Of a stretch of DNA of 64,000 nt, positions 9,938 through 18,553 are shown one piece after another (the first letter of the stretch is position 1; every line of letters begins with the position of its first letter). Location of the stretch: positions 64,001 to 128,000 of the forward strand of contig JAOPTW010000036.1 in assembly GCA_051532035.1 (NCBI GenBank), read 5' to 3'. Both the position numbers and the translations under genes were made by a program. The notes under the pieces are model-generated. The model was not told where the DNA came from. It was given only the letters and a program-made list of their open reading frames with translations, and ran no database searches. This DNA comes from Fibrobacterales bacterium (GTDB lineage: Bacteria; Fibrobacterota; Fibrobacteria; Fibrobacterales; JAOPTW01).

Positions 9938-10334
9938 GACTCACCACTCCCCAAATTCTAAACTCCATCTCTTCGGTAATCTCAATAACGGGATAGTTAG
10001 GATTTTCTGGAACCAAGCTATAGCGTTGTCGATAAATGCGCAAGCGCTTTACCGTAAACTCACCATTCAGCACCGCTACAACAATATCCCGGTTTCTTGG
10101 TTTTAAGGAACAGTCGACCACAAGAAGATCGTCGTGATGAATCCCTGCCTCCTCCATAGAGTCTCCCGCTACGCGCATATAATAAGTAGCCGTTGGGTTC
10201 GCCATCAGGTAGTCGTTGAGGTCAAGGCGCTTTTCAATATAGTCATCAGCAGGGCTTGGAAAGCCCGCCTGTACAGCGGAGAGCAGTAACGGAAGGCGAA
10301 CTGTTGAGCGTCTCAGTGGTTTAAAAACATCCAT
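9912..10334 (-). CDS. umuD: UmuD (S24 autopeptidase)
   Basis: AGFPSPA cleavage site, GDSM (Ser), TVKRL (Lys); no HTH domain. Confidence 0.95.
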   Translation of the reverse strand: MDVFKPLRRSTVRLPLLLSAVQAGFPSPADDYIEKRLDLNDYLMANPTATYYMRVAGDSMEEAGIHHDDLLVVDCSLKPRNRDIVVAVLNGEFTVKRLRIYRQRYSLVPENPNYPVIEITEEMEFRIWGVVSHVVHATRS

Positions 10335-10339
10335 AGCGT

Positions 10340-11038
10340 CTACCCGAAAAGTCCGAGCTGTTCACCATCCTGCACACGCACCGGGAGTGCCTCAAGGCAA
10401 ATGGAACTATTCTGTTTTAGATCTTTCGTAACAGGATAACACTCCATGCGGTCACTTTCGAAAGGATTAAGGAGTTGATCGAGTTGTTCGTTTTGCTCAC
10501 TCTTTGAGTCAAGCCAAACATCGTACTCGCGAGGGTCAAGAATAACCGGCATCCTCTGTTTGTCATGAATAGGCTTTACAAGATCATTCGCCTCAGTGGT
10601 AATAATAGTGCAACTTGTCAGAATACTCCCATCACTCCCCTGCCATTCATCCCAAAGTCCAGCCATACCAAAAGGGGTGTGATCAGCCATACGAAAGGCA
10701 TAGGGTTGCCCATCTTTCCACTCATAAAAGGCATCTGCCGGAATAATGCACCGCCTCTTCTGGTAGTTACTTTTAAAGGATGGCTTCACCGAAAGAGTCT
10801 CTGCTCGCGCATTAAACATTGCGTGCCGGTACTCGGGTTCCCCCTTCACAAATGAAGGCACTAACCACCACTGCATTGTAGTAAGAGTACGATCTAATGA
10901 CTGTACACCACTTTTCACTACAGCAACCTGATCCATGGGACCAATGGTATACTGAGGATTTACTGAAAGCTCGGCCAAGCAATTAAACTGCCGTGCAAGT
11001 TCTGCTGGTGATGATGTAAGAGCAAATCGACCACACAT
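10340..11038 (-). CDS. SOS response-associated peptidase (SRAP/YedK/HMCES family)
   Basis: MCGRF N-terminus, FNARAET, FYEW, IHDKQRMPVIL. GGAGGT lies 6 nt before the ATG at 11038, so the start was moved from 11044 to give the required Cys2. Confidence 0.93.
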   Translation of the reverse strand: MCGRFALTSSPAELARQFNCLAELSVNPQYTIGPMDQVAVVKSGVQSLDRTLTTMQWWLVPSFVKGEPEYRHAMFNARAETLSVKPSFKSNYQKRRCIIPADAFYEWKDGQPYAFRMADHTPFGMAGLWDEWQGSDGSILTSCTIITTEANDLVKPIHDKQRMPVILDPREYDVWLDSKSEQNEQLDQLLNPFESDRMECYPVTKDLKQNSSICLEALPVRVQDGEQLGLFG

Positions 11039-11091
11039 ACCCATACCTCCATAAAGAGTATACCACGAGAAGCGTGATTACTACAAGAGTA

Positions 11092-11120
11092 AATATAGTG
11101 CACAAATGAGCAAATTTCAA
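11092..11120 (-). promoter_or_regulatory. sigma70 promoter of SRAP-umuDC with a LexA-type box (11099-11112) in the spacer
   Basis: Minus strand TTGAAA-17nt-TATATT; the spacer contains TGCTC-ATTT-GTGCA. Confidence 0.8.
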
Positions 11121-11143
11121 CTACTTATTACATAACCCTATGG

Positions 11144-12976
11144 TTATTTAAAGACAATCTCATCCAGATAGATGCTGTAATCGTCATCGATACCATGACC
11201 GATAATCGTAAGGCCTGTTTTGATATTTGAAAGATCTACTTTGCTGAGATCTATAGAGTAATGCCGCCATTCAGTGGTAAGAAGCACTTTTGATGCAATG
11301 AGACCCGTATCGTGAAAAGGGCGAGAACCATTATACAACCCAACTCGACACGTAATAGTGACTTCGTTTTCGGTTGCCTTAGCCCAAAAAGAGAGCTGTG
11401 TTGCTCCATTGAGATTATAGCCTCCTGGTCTACTCCACCAATCGCCTGCAGGGTCCTGAAACGAAAGAGCAAACCACCCTTCATCATCCCCATAATCTAT
11501 CCGTATTGCACTTGTCCCACTGTAAATATCTTCGGTCTCATTGAGTGTTAGAGTCACATCTGCAACATTCCCCACCAGACCAGATGGCGCATAAGGGAGC
11601 TCCTCTTCACTATCTTTATAGAGATAAAAAGGGAGCTGAGTCTTGAGTCCAAACAATTTCCCACCGCCGTCCGTAGTACTTTCCGAAAGGCCAACAACTT
11701 CTATTGAACTCGTTGCACTCCCTAAATTGAAATTTGCATCTTTTGCAAAAAAGTAAATTTTTATGACACCATATTCTTCGGGGGCACGAACTTTATACTC
11801 CCCAGAACCCAATGCAACAAATTCGAGTGGAGTAATTGCTGCGTGTTTTTTATCGGAACCATTTTGAATGTTATAGTAGAATTCCACTTTAACAAAGTCA
11901 TTCTCAGCATCACGATACTGTGCAGTAACGGGAATCCAATCACCAGTCTGATAACTTTTTTTATTAGGAACTGAAAACTCTACAATCTCGGGAATAGCAT
12001 TAAAGGGGCGTTTTCCTGTAAAAAGGGTACGAGCTGCCCAGTACTGAGGCCTCCGATAATTACCAAAATAGAAATTCATCCAATGGGCACTGTAGGTTTT
12101 GCCCCTCCCATATTCAGAAAGAAACCCACCAATGCAATACTTTCTCTTTTCGACCCATTTGGTATACCCCGAAACAATCATTCCAAATTTTTTCTCATCA
12201 TCGGGCTCTTTCAAAACCCCCAAGAAATCTTCGGGAACACCATTCCAATCGTCAATACCAAAGCGTGTTACCAGATAGGGCTGTGAAACCCCAAATTCTC
12301 TTCTCTGTTTTGGAATAATACTCGCAGTACGACCATAGGTATCAATACCATAAATATCGAGAGAGGGAGTCAGCTTTTTCCACCACTTCCACGAATCAAT
12401 TCCTCTCGAAACTGCAGTAACAACACGTGTTTTATCATTTTGTTTAATGGTCTGAATGATCGACTCAACAAGCCCAGCATAGAGACGCCACTCTGAGTTT
12501 CTTCTAAAATACTCAGTCCCTTCATTACCAATACTCCAGAGGAGCAAAGGGGTTGTCTCTTTGAGTTCTTGCACCTGACGTGCTACAGAATCGAGATAGC
12601 GAGAAAGATCACCTTCGTCAAACTGCCCATCAGCAATAGGAAGCGCTCCAGGGGTATTCCCGAGAGGGAGTGAAAACTGAAGCATTACTTTTATCCGATA
12701 CTGCGCACAACTATCCAGGAGTGCGTGGAGTTGATCACTCTGATGTGACAAGGTAATGATGTTAGTACCCATATAGTTGAGATCACGTAGATACGCACCG
12801 ATAGTATTGGTATCAGCATCCATTGAGAAATGAATGCCTTTAAGTACAAACGGTTTACCATCAGCATAAAAACGCCAACCGCCAATAACCTTTTTTACCG
12901 CCGAAGAGCTGCTAAACCCTTGAGAAAAAGTCAAAACTAAAAAAAGAAGTAGTATATGTCGTTTCACTATAGCCAA
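11144..12976 (-). CDS. secreted clan GH-A (GH2-like TIM barrel) protein with C-terminal CBM-like domain; possibly inactive
   Basis: Signal peptide, DGKPFVLKG, LLWSIGNE, DIYGIDTY, C-terminal NLNGATQLSFWAK. Confidence 0.7.
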   Translation of the reverse strand: MAIVKRHILLLFLVLTFSQGFSSSSAVKKVIGGWRFYADGKPFVLKGIHFSMDADTNTIGAYLRDLNYMGTNIITLSHQSDQLHALLDSCAQYRIKVMLQFSLPLGNTPGALPIADGQFDEGDLSRYLDSVARQVQELKETTPLLLWSIGNEGTEYFRRNSEWRLYAGLVESIIQTIKQNDKTRVVTAVSRGIDSWKWWKKLTPSLDIYGIDTYGRTASIIPKQRREFGVSQPYLVTRFGIDDWNGVPEDFLGVLKEPDDEKKFGMIVSGYTKWVEKRKYCIGGFLSEYGRGKTYSAHWMNFYFGNYRRPQYWAARTLFTGKRPFNAIPEIVEFSVPNKKSYQTGDWIPVTAQYRDAENDFVKVEFYYNIQNGSDKKHAAITPLEFVALGSGEYKVRAPEEYGVIKIYFFAKDANFNLGSATSSIEVVGLSESTTDGGGKLFGLKTQLPFYLYKDSEEELPYAPSGLVGNVADVTLTLNETEDIYSGTSAIRIDYGDDEGWFALSFQDPAGDWWSRPGGYNLNGATQLSFWAKATENEVTITCRVGLYNGSRPFHDTGLIASKVLLTTEWRHYSIDLSKVDLSNIKTGLTIIGHGIDDDYSIYLDEIVFK

Positions 12977-13081
12977 GCTAATCTACCCATTCAAAATAGT
13001 ACCCTTGATTGAGAAAAAGATACTTAAAATAGTGTGAAACCGAAGCAGGAAAGAGATGTTTTAGCCAAAAGATCATGGGGA

Positions 13082-13474
13082 TTATGTGCGAACAGTGAGC
13101 TTCTCTTCAAGGCACTGAAGGGCACCTTCCTCATCTTCATCAAAGACAAAAAACTCTACCCCATCTTGCTTGCCCAACATATGGAAAAATTCGGTATACA
13201 GAGGATCATTCTCTCTCGAGCGGAGCGCAACGACTCGAACAGAATCAAAGAGATCGATTATTTTATCAAATTCGATACTAATTTCGGCTATTTCACCTAT
13301 CTCGAACGAATACTGTCCTTTTCTGATATCAAAAAAGACCTTAATATCTTTGGAAAAAAGCTGTTGGTTCTCTTGAACAAAAGTGACAATAGATCCAAGA
13401 TCAGCTAATGATACAGAACCAGTATAAACAATTGAAAGTATCCGTTTTTCTTGTGCATATGAGACTGTGATCAT
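13082..13474 (-). CDS. hypothetical protein, SpoIIAA/STAS-SEC14-like (paralog 1)
   Basis: GGAGG RBS; pattern YTGSVSLADL...FFDIRKG...VFDEDEEGALQCL; similar to 15209-15616. Confidence 0.65.
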   Translation of the reverse strand: MITVSYAQEKRILSIVYTGSVSLADLGSIVTFVQENQQLFSKDIKVFFDIRKGQYSFEIGEIAEISIEFDKIIDLFDSVRVVALRSRENDPLYTEFFHMLGKQDGVEFFVFDEDEEGALQCLEEKLTVRT

Positions 13475-13521
13475 ACTTCCTCCCCATAGATATTATTGAA
13501 AAGTATATACACTACCCTACA

Positions 13522-13542
13522 TTGTAAACTTTATATTTACAA
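13522..13542. promoter_or_regulatory. palindromic candidate operator TTGTAAA-N7-TTTACAA
   Basis: Perfect 7+7 inverted repeat upstream of paralog 1; near-identical copy at 15632-15650. Confidence 0.55.
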
Positions 13543-13630
13543 AAGGCACGTCATTTATCAGATAGTAACGCGTTGGTCAAATATTTAGATACAGAAATAC
13601 TCCAAAGCTATAAAAGCTCAAAGCGACATC

Positions 13631-13966
13631 CTACTTACTCACACATTCCATGCACCGTCTCGTATGAGGGAGGTGCATGATTCGTGCGGCAGGAATCTCG
13701 TGTCCACAAGCGCTACACAGACCATAATCAGGGCTATCAATATTTGAAAGAGCATGAGTAAGGGCCCCATATTTATTTTGAGCATTGACAAGAGCTGCAT
13801 CATTAATTGATTTATTATTTATTGCATCCATACGACTGACACGACCGATAGCATTATCAGGAGCAATAGGTTTGGTTTTCTCTTTAAGGTCCGCTATCGT
13901 TCTCTCAAGAGTGACCAACTCACTCTTGATCGTCGCACGTATCTCTTCTCGTTGCTTCTGTTCCAT
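13631..13966 (-). CDS. TraR/DksA C4-type zinc finger protein
   Basis: Coiled coil then YGLCSACG.EI...RI..LP....CMEC. Confidence 0.88.
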   Translation of the reverse strand: MEQKQREEIRATIKSELVTLERTIADLKEKTKPIAPDNAIGRVSRMDAINNKSINDAALVNAQNKYGALTHALSNIDSPDYGLCSACGHEIPAARIMHLPHTRRCMECVSK

Positions 13967-14059
13967 AACCTACCCAATAAAGTCCATAATGTAAGGTAGT
14001 AAATGATAGAGTGGTCAGAACACTTTTTAAGAGTGTTTGATTATGGAGTCCCCCATATG

Positions 14060-15163
14060 CTATAGGGCGACTTCACTCCCTTCGAACATATCTATTTGCG
14101 CATGTTCTATCTGATCAAGGGCTGAATCCACCTTTACTCCAAGGCCAACAAGGCGCACATCCAAACTCTTTCGTGTCAGTCCCTCTCGCATCAGCTCAAG
14201 AAAATTTTCGAGTGAGTAAGAACCAAAATCTCGTTCAACAGTCGTTTGAGTGAAATCGGAAAACTTAATCTTAATAGAAGACTTTCTCATTTTAACCGGT
14301 ACACTTTGCCGTCCCTGATAGCGCGATATATATGAGCTGAGAATATCATACACCTTCTCTATTGAAGGGCGAAGGACCGAGAGTTCCCCCTCCATATCTT
14401 TGTGAAAGGTACGTTCTTGGCTAATAGACTTTCGGTTTCTGCTGGTCTCAACCGTAGCAGATCCAATACCTCGTGAAAGGTTATAAAGATTTGCTCCCCA
14501 GTTACCCAACTTATGGTGAAGCTCTTCGAGGGTGAGCTTCTGAAGATCACCACAGGTGTCAATACCCAGCTCCTTAAGACGTTTTTGAGCCACCTTACCA
14601 ACACCAAATATTTTTTCAACAGGGAGTGGAATCATAAACTGTTCAATGGCATCAGGAATAATCACATACTGCCCATTAGGTTTATTAAGATCACTTGAAA
14701 TTTTTGCGAGAAATTTATTAGGGGCAATACCTGCAGAAGCGGTCAAATCAGTTGTCTCAAATATCTTTCTACGGATCTCTTCGGCAATGAGAGTTGCACT
14801 TCCCTGACACTGAGTTGTATCGGTCACATCCAGATACGCTTCATCGAGAGAGAGGGGCTGAATAAGCTGAGTATACTCCCCAAAAATGGCATGAATCTTT
14901 TTGGACTCTGCTTTGTACTTATCCATATTTACGGGAACCAACACCAACTGAGGGCAAAGCTTCTGAGCATATCCCGTAGCCATAGCAGATCGAACCCCAA
15001 ATTCTCGTGCAAGATAATTACAGGTGCAGAGTACGCCTCTTTTTTCGGCAGGGCCACCAACAGCAATTGGCTTATCCCTTAATTCTGGATTGTCACGCAT
15101 CTCAACGGACGCATAAAATGAGTCCATATCCACATGAATAATTTTCTTTAGAGCACTGCACAT
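14060..15163 (-). CDS. dinB: DNA polymerase IV
   Basis: KIIHVDMDSFYASVEMRDNP, CNY.AR.FGVRSAM, LSLDEAYLD, SDLNKPNG. Confidence 0.96.
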   Translation of the reverse strand: MCSALKKIIHVDMDSFYASVEMRDNPELRDKPIAVGGPAEKRGVLCTCNYLAREFGVRSAMATGYAQKLCPQLVLVPVNMDKYKAESKKIHAIFGEYTQLIQPLSLDEAYLDVTDTTQCQGSATLIAEEIRRKIFETTDLTASAGIAPNKFLAKISSDLNKPNGQYVIIPDAIEQFMIPLPVEKIFGVGKVAQKRLKELGIDTCGDLQKLTLEELHHKLGNWGANLYNLSRGIGSATVETSRNRKSISQERTFHKDMEGELSVLRPSIEKVYDILSSYISRYQGRQSVPVKMRKSSIKIKFSDFTQTTVERDFGSYSLENFLELMREGLTRKSLDVRLVGLGVKVDSALDQIEHAQIDMFEGSEVAL

Positions 15164-15199
15164 ATGTGCAAATATACTATTTTACTCAAACCCTGTCAG
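15157..15199 (-). promoter_or_regulatory. dinB promoter with LexA-type box (15157-15170) overlapping the start codon
   Basis: Minus strand CTGACA-17nt-TATATT followed immediately by the perfect palindrome TGCACATATGTGCA. Confidence 0.8.
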
Positions 15200-15208
15200 G
15201 AAAAAAGA

Positions 15209-15616
15209 TTATACAGGAGTGTCCGTAAGTGAATGCATTTTTTTCAAGTGATACCAGGCTTTACTCTCATCATGAAACAAAGAAATAGAAATACCAACCT
15301 TTTCACAAAAATCATAGAAATATGACTCATACGGGCTTATTTCAGCATTACTTACCACTGCAATCGAAACGGAAGTAAAGCGATCTTCTAAGCGGTCGAG
15401 CCCCAAGTTCCCTAAAGTGAACTCATTGATAGGAAATGCGTAGTTTCCCTTTCTCGAATCGAGATACACTCGAAGTTGGTCTGGGAGGTCGGGGTGCTCC
15501 ATGTGATATTGCACCATCTCATACATGTCTTGTAAATGTACGTTCCCTTTATAGGTAATGAATAAAATATCATCACGGTCATTGTAGATGAATTCGACCA
15601 TTCCTCTCCCACTCAT
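15209..15616 (-). CDS. hypothetical protein, SpoIIAA/STAS-SEC14-like (paralog 2)
   Basis: ITYKGNVHLQDM...YLDSRKGNYAF.I.E...LFHDESKAWYHL aligns by eye with 13082-13474; alternative start 15601. Confidence 0.65.
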   Translation of the reverse strand: MSGRGMVEFIYNDRDDILFITYKGNVHLQDMYEMVQYHMEHPDLPDQLRVYLDSRKGNYAFPINEFTLGNLGLDRLEDRFTSVSIAVVSNAEISPYESYFYDFCEKVGISISLFHDESKAWYHLKKMHSLTDTPV

Positions 15617-15631
15617 GTTGCCTGCATAAAA

Positions 15632-15650
15632 TGTAAACTATATATTTACA
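15632..15650. promoter_or_regulatory. palindromic candidate operator TGTAAA-N7-TTTACA
   Basis: TGTAAACTATATATTTACA, 18/19 identical to 13523-13541. Confidence 0.55.
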
Positions 15651-15710
15651 CAAATTTCGCAACTAAAAAGTTTGCTACTGGTCACATATAATGATATTAA
15701 AAAGAGGGTT

Positions 15711-18347
15711 TTAATCGAAAGAGTAGCTCGACTTCCAGTTGGAATCTAACACAAGGTAAGCGTCAAATAAGTTCCCTTTTTTTGATTTAAAACCCCGAAT
15801 AAGCTCAGTCTTCCGCTTTTCTATAAGTTGAGCCACATGGTCATCAGTCAGTGCGATACCACCAGTCTCTTTCCAAATAGTGACGTTACACTTTTCTTTG
15901 CTACAAAAGATCACCTTATCACTGTGCTTGAGCTTTTCCCCACATGCAGGACACACCTTTCCAAGATCTTTGCCTCCACCACCACTTGAACCCTCAAAAT
16001 CAAAAACCACCTTCCACTCTTCATTGAGCTTGAGTGGTGCCGAAAACTGGGTCCCCTTCCGAGAGGTAAACCCTTCAATCTGATCACACTTCTTTTTCTT
16101 CACTAATTGAGTAATATACTTCTTCTCTAAAGTAAGCCCCGCAACACGTTTAAAAATAACGAGCTCACACCCATCAGTATCGCAGTAGACAACTTTTTCA
16201 CTTTCACGAAGGTTCTCTTTTTTACACTTGGGGCATTTTCCTTTGAACGCCTCAGTTTTACTCCGTTCTTCAGAAAATTCAAAAGTAACTTCAAATTTTT
16301 CATCTATTTTGAGCTTCGCAGAAAATTCAAAACCACGCTTTGATTTAAATCCTGTGAGCTCCTCCGTAATACCATTATTCACCAGTGCCAGGATCTCTTC
16401 GGTACTCAAACTCCGCTGTGCCACCGCATGACCCAACTTAAATAAACACTGTTCATCGGGACAAACATATCCCCAGCTCACCCCACTGAGTTTCTGCTTT
16501 TTACATTTTGGGCAGTCAATAGTCCCCCCAAGGTCTTCACGCTCAAAGTCATTCACATAATCTTCACGAAGCTTTTCAAAGATACTCGTTACAAAATTTA
16601 TGATATCATCCCGAAATTGATCAGGGGCATAATTACCCTTTTCAACCTGAGTCAACTTGTACTCCCACTCACCCGTCATTTCTGCAGATTTTACGCGGTC
16701 ATCCACTTTCGCAATGAGCTGCCGCCCTTTAGGACCTGAAACAATTTTTCCTTTATCTTCTTGTAAAAATTCTCTCCGCTTAAGGGTTTCGATAATACCT
16801 GCCTGAGTTGCTGGTGTTCCAAGACCCCTATCTTTCATCGCCTCGGCAAGGGCTTCATCGGTAATATTTTTACCCGCGGTTTTCATTGCTGCAAGCAGTG
16901 TTGCCTCTGTAAAGTATTTGGGCTTTGATTTCTTTTTTTTATGGACGTCAAGATTTTCCCAAGGGTCACTCTCCCCCATCTGCCAAGTGAGCTCACTCTC
17001 GAGACGGTTACTTATCTCATCGTCATCTTTTTTCTCATCATCTTTCTGTTTTGTTTTAAAACCCAAGTCAATATCGAGCTTTAATTTAATTCTAAAAAAC
17101 TCATCAACACATTTAAGTTGCACCGTGTACTCTTTCCAAAGGTGTGGTTTTTGCCATGCAGTCACAAACCGCTCTACAATGAGTGAATATATTTTTTGTT
17201 CTTCGGCACTCAGATTTACGGGGCGTTCCACCGTTGGAATTATAGCATAGTGATCCGTCACCTTCTTAGAATTAATAAAGACAAAATTTTCATTTTCGGG
17301 ACGCATCAATTCTCGAGAACCATCGTCGACGAGTTGCTGTGCAAGAGTGTATGACTCCCCTTTCATAGCATCATTTAAGTACTGGGAGTCGGTCCTTGGG
17401 TAGGTTATATACCTTTTTTCATAGAGTTGCTGAGCCACCTCTAACACACGGGCTACTTTAATTTTAAATCGTTTATTTGCTTCTTTCTGAAGTTCGGTCA
17501 AGTCGAATGGCTTTGGCGGAAATGCCTTTTTATCGACAACATCAATTTCTCGAATCTCAGCCTTCTCACCTTTACACTTGTCGACCACCGATTGTGGCAA
17601 CCCATCCTCTTCGAAGAAGACAATTTTATCTTCTCGACACCACTGCGCTTTATATCCACGCCATTGACCAACAACACCATAGGTAAAAAGTTCCTGAAAG
17701 GTCTCAACCTCATTATCTCGTTTAACCACAAGATTTAAGGTAGGTGTTTGTACCCGGCCAACCGAAAGGAGCGAACCATGCCCTGCAGTGAGAGTATACG
17801 CACGAGTCGAATTGAGACCAACGAGCCAGTCAGCCCGTTGTCTAAGTCGTGCAGCATAAGAAAGGTTAATACGGTGCTGTGCTGACTCGAGCTTTTTAAA
17901 TGCAGGGTCGAGATCTTTTGCCACAAATGAGTTCACCCAAAGCCGCTTTATCTCTTTTTCTCTCAGCTGAGGATTGTAATCGATAACCAAATCAAATATT
18001 AGATTACCCTCACGACCAGCATCCGCACCATTAATAAGCACATCACTCTGTTCCATTAAGCGTGTCACTATTTGGAGTTGCTTTTTAGTACCTTCAATCG
18101 CCTTAAGTTTAAACTGCGGAGGGATCAAGGGGAGGTTTTCTAACTTCCACATCCCATCATATCCCTCATACTCATCAAAGGTCGAGAGCGTGACCAAATG
18201 GCCTACACACCAAGTTATGGTGTAATTCTTCCCTTCCAGATACCCATCTCTCTTCACAAATGACTCCCCCTCACAGCGTTCGAGCATAGGGCGATAATGT
18301 TGTGTAGCGACTGATGGTTTTTCTGCGACAAGTAGGATCATGGACAT
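15711..18347 (-). CDS. topB: DNA topoisomerase III with C-terminal Zn-ribbon repeats
   Basis: AEKPS, DAGREG, GRVQTPTL, ITYPRTDS (catalytic Tyr), three GF.S.KG..F.A.L repeats. Confidence 0.92.
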   Translation of the reverse strand: MSMILLVAEKPSVATQHYRPMLERCEGESFVKRDGYLEGKNYTITWCVGHLVTLSTFDEYEGYDGMWKLENLPLIPPQFKLKAIEGTKKQLQIVTRLMEQSDVLINGADAGREGNLIFDLVIDYNPQLREKEIKRLWVNSFVAKDLDPAFKKLESAQHRINLSYAARLRQRADWLVGLNSTRAYTLTAGHGSLLSVGRVQTPTLNLVVKRDNEVETFQELFTYGVVGQWRGYKAQWCREDKIVFFEEDGLPQSVVDKCKGEKAEIREIDVVDKKAFPPKPFDLTELQKEANKRFKIKVARVLEVAQQLYEKRYITYPRTDSQYLNDAMKGESYTLAQQLVDDGSRELMRPENENFVFINSKKVTDHYAIIPTVERPVNLSAEEQKIYSLIVERFVTAWQKPHLWKEYTVQLKCVDEFFRIKLKLDIDLGFKTKQKDDEKKDDDEISNRLESELTWQMGESDPWENLDVHKKKKSKPKYFTEATLLAAMKTAGKNITDEALAEAMKDRGLGTPATQAGIIETLKRREFLQEDKGKIVSGPKGRQLIAKVDDRVKSAEMTGEWEYKLTQVEKGNYAPDQFRDDIINFVTSIFEKLREDYVNDFEREDLGGTIDCPKCKKQKLSGVSWGYVCPDEQCLFKLGHAVAQRSLSTEEILALVNNGITEELTGFKSKRGFEFSAKLKIDEKFEVTFEFSEERSKTEAFKGKCPKCKKENLRESEKVVYCDTDGCELVIFKRVAGLTLEKKYITQLVKKKKCDQIEGFTSRKGTQFSAPLKLNEEWKVVFDFEGSSGGGGKDLGKVCPACGEKLKHSDKVIFCSKEKCNVTIWKETGGIALTDDHVAQLIEKRKTELIRGFKSKKGNLFDAYLVLDSNWKSSYSFD

Positions 18348-18553
18348 CTAGGTTGGAAGGTATAGTGCAATAGTAATATATTTGGTTTTTCATGTAAGGA
18401 GATTTTACCCATTCTAAATGATTCAAATAGAATTTTGATTGTATCCTCGATTCAAGCGAATATTTTTAGAAATGCACCCAATTGCCAAAACCCAATCGAG
18501 TGATTAATACTATATTAATTTACAACAGAGATCACCTCAAACAAAGTCGCACA

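Noticed and set aside
13034..13408. 124-aa plus-strand ORF
   Set aside because: Antisense to 13082-13474, which has an RBS and a paralog in the window
15711..16520. Repeats at the topB 3' end as a DNA repeat array
   Set aside because: These are protein-level C-terminal Zn-ribbon repeats known in topoisomerase III; not identical at DNA level
18474..18487. TGCACCCAATTGCC as a third LexA box between topB and the ankyrin gene
   Set aside because: The right half-site has two mismatches and it is not placed in a recognisable promoter
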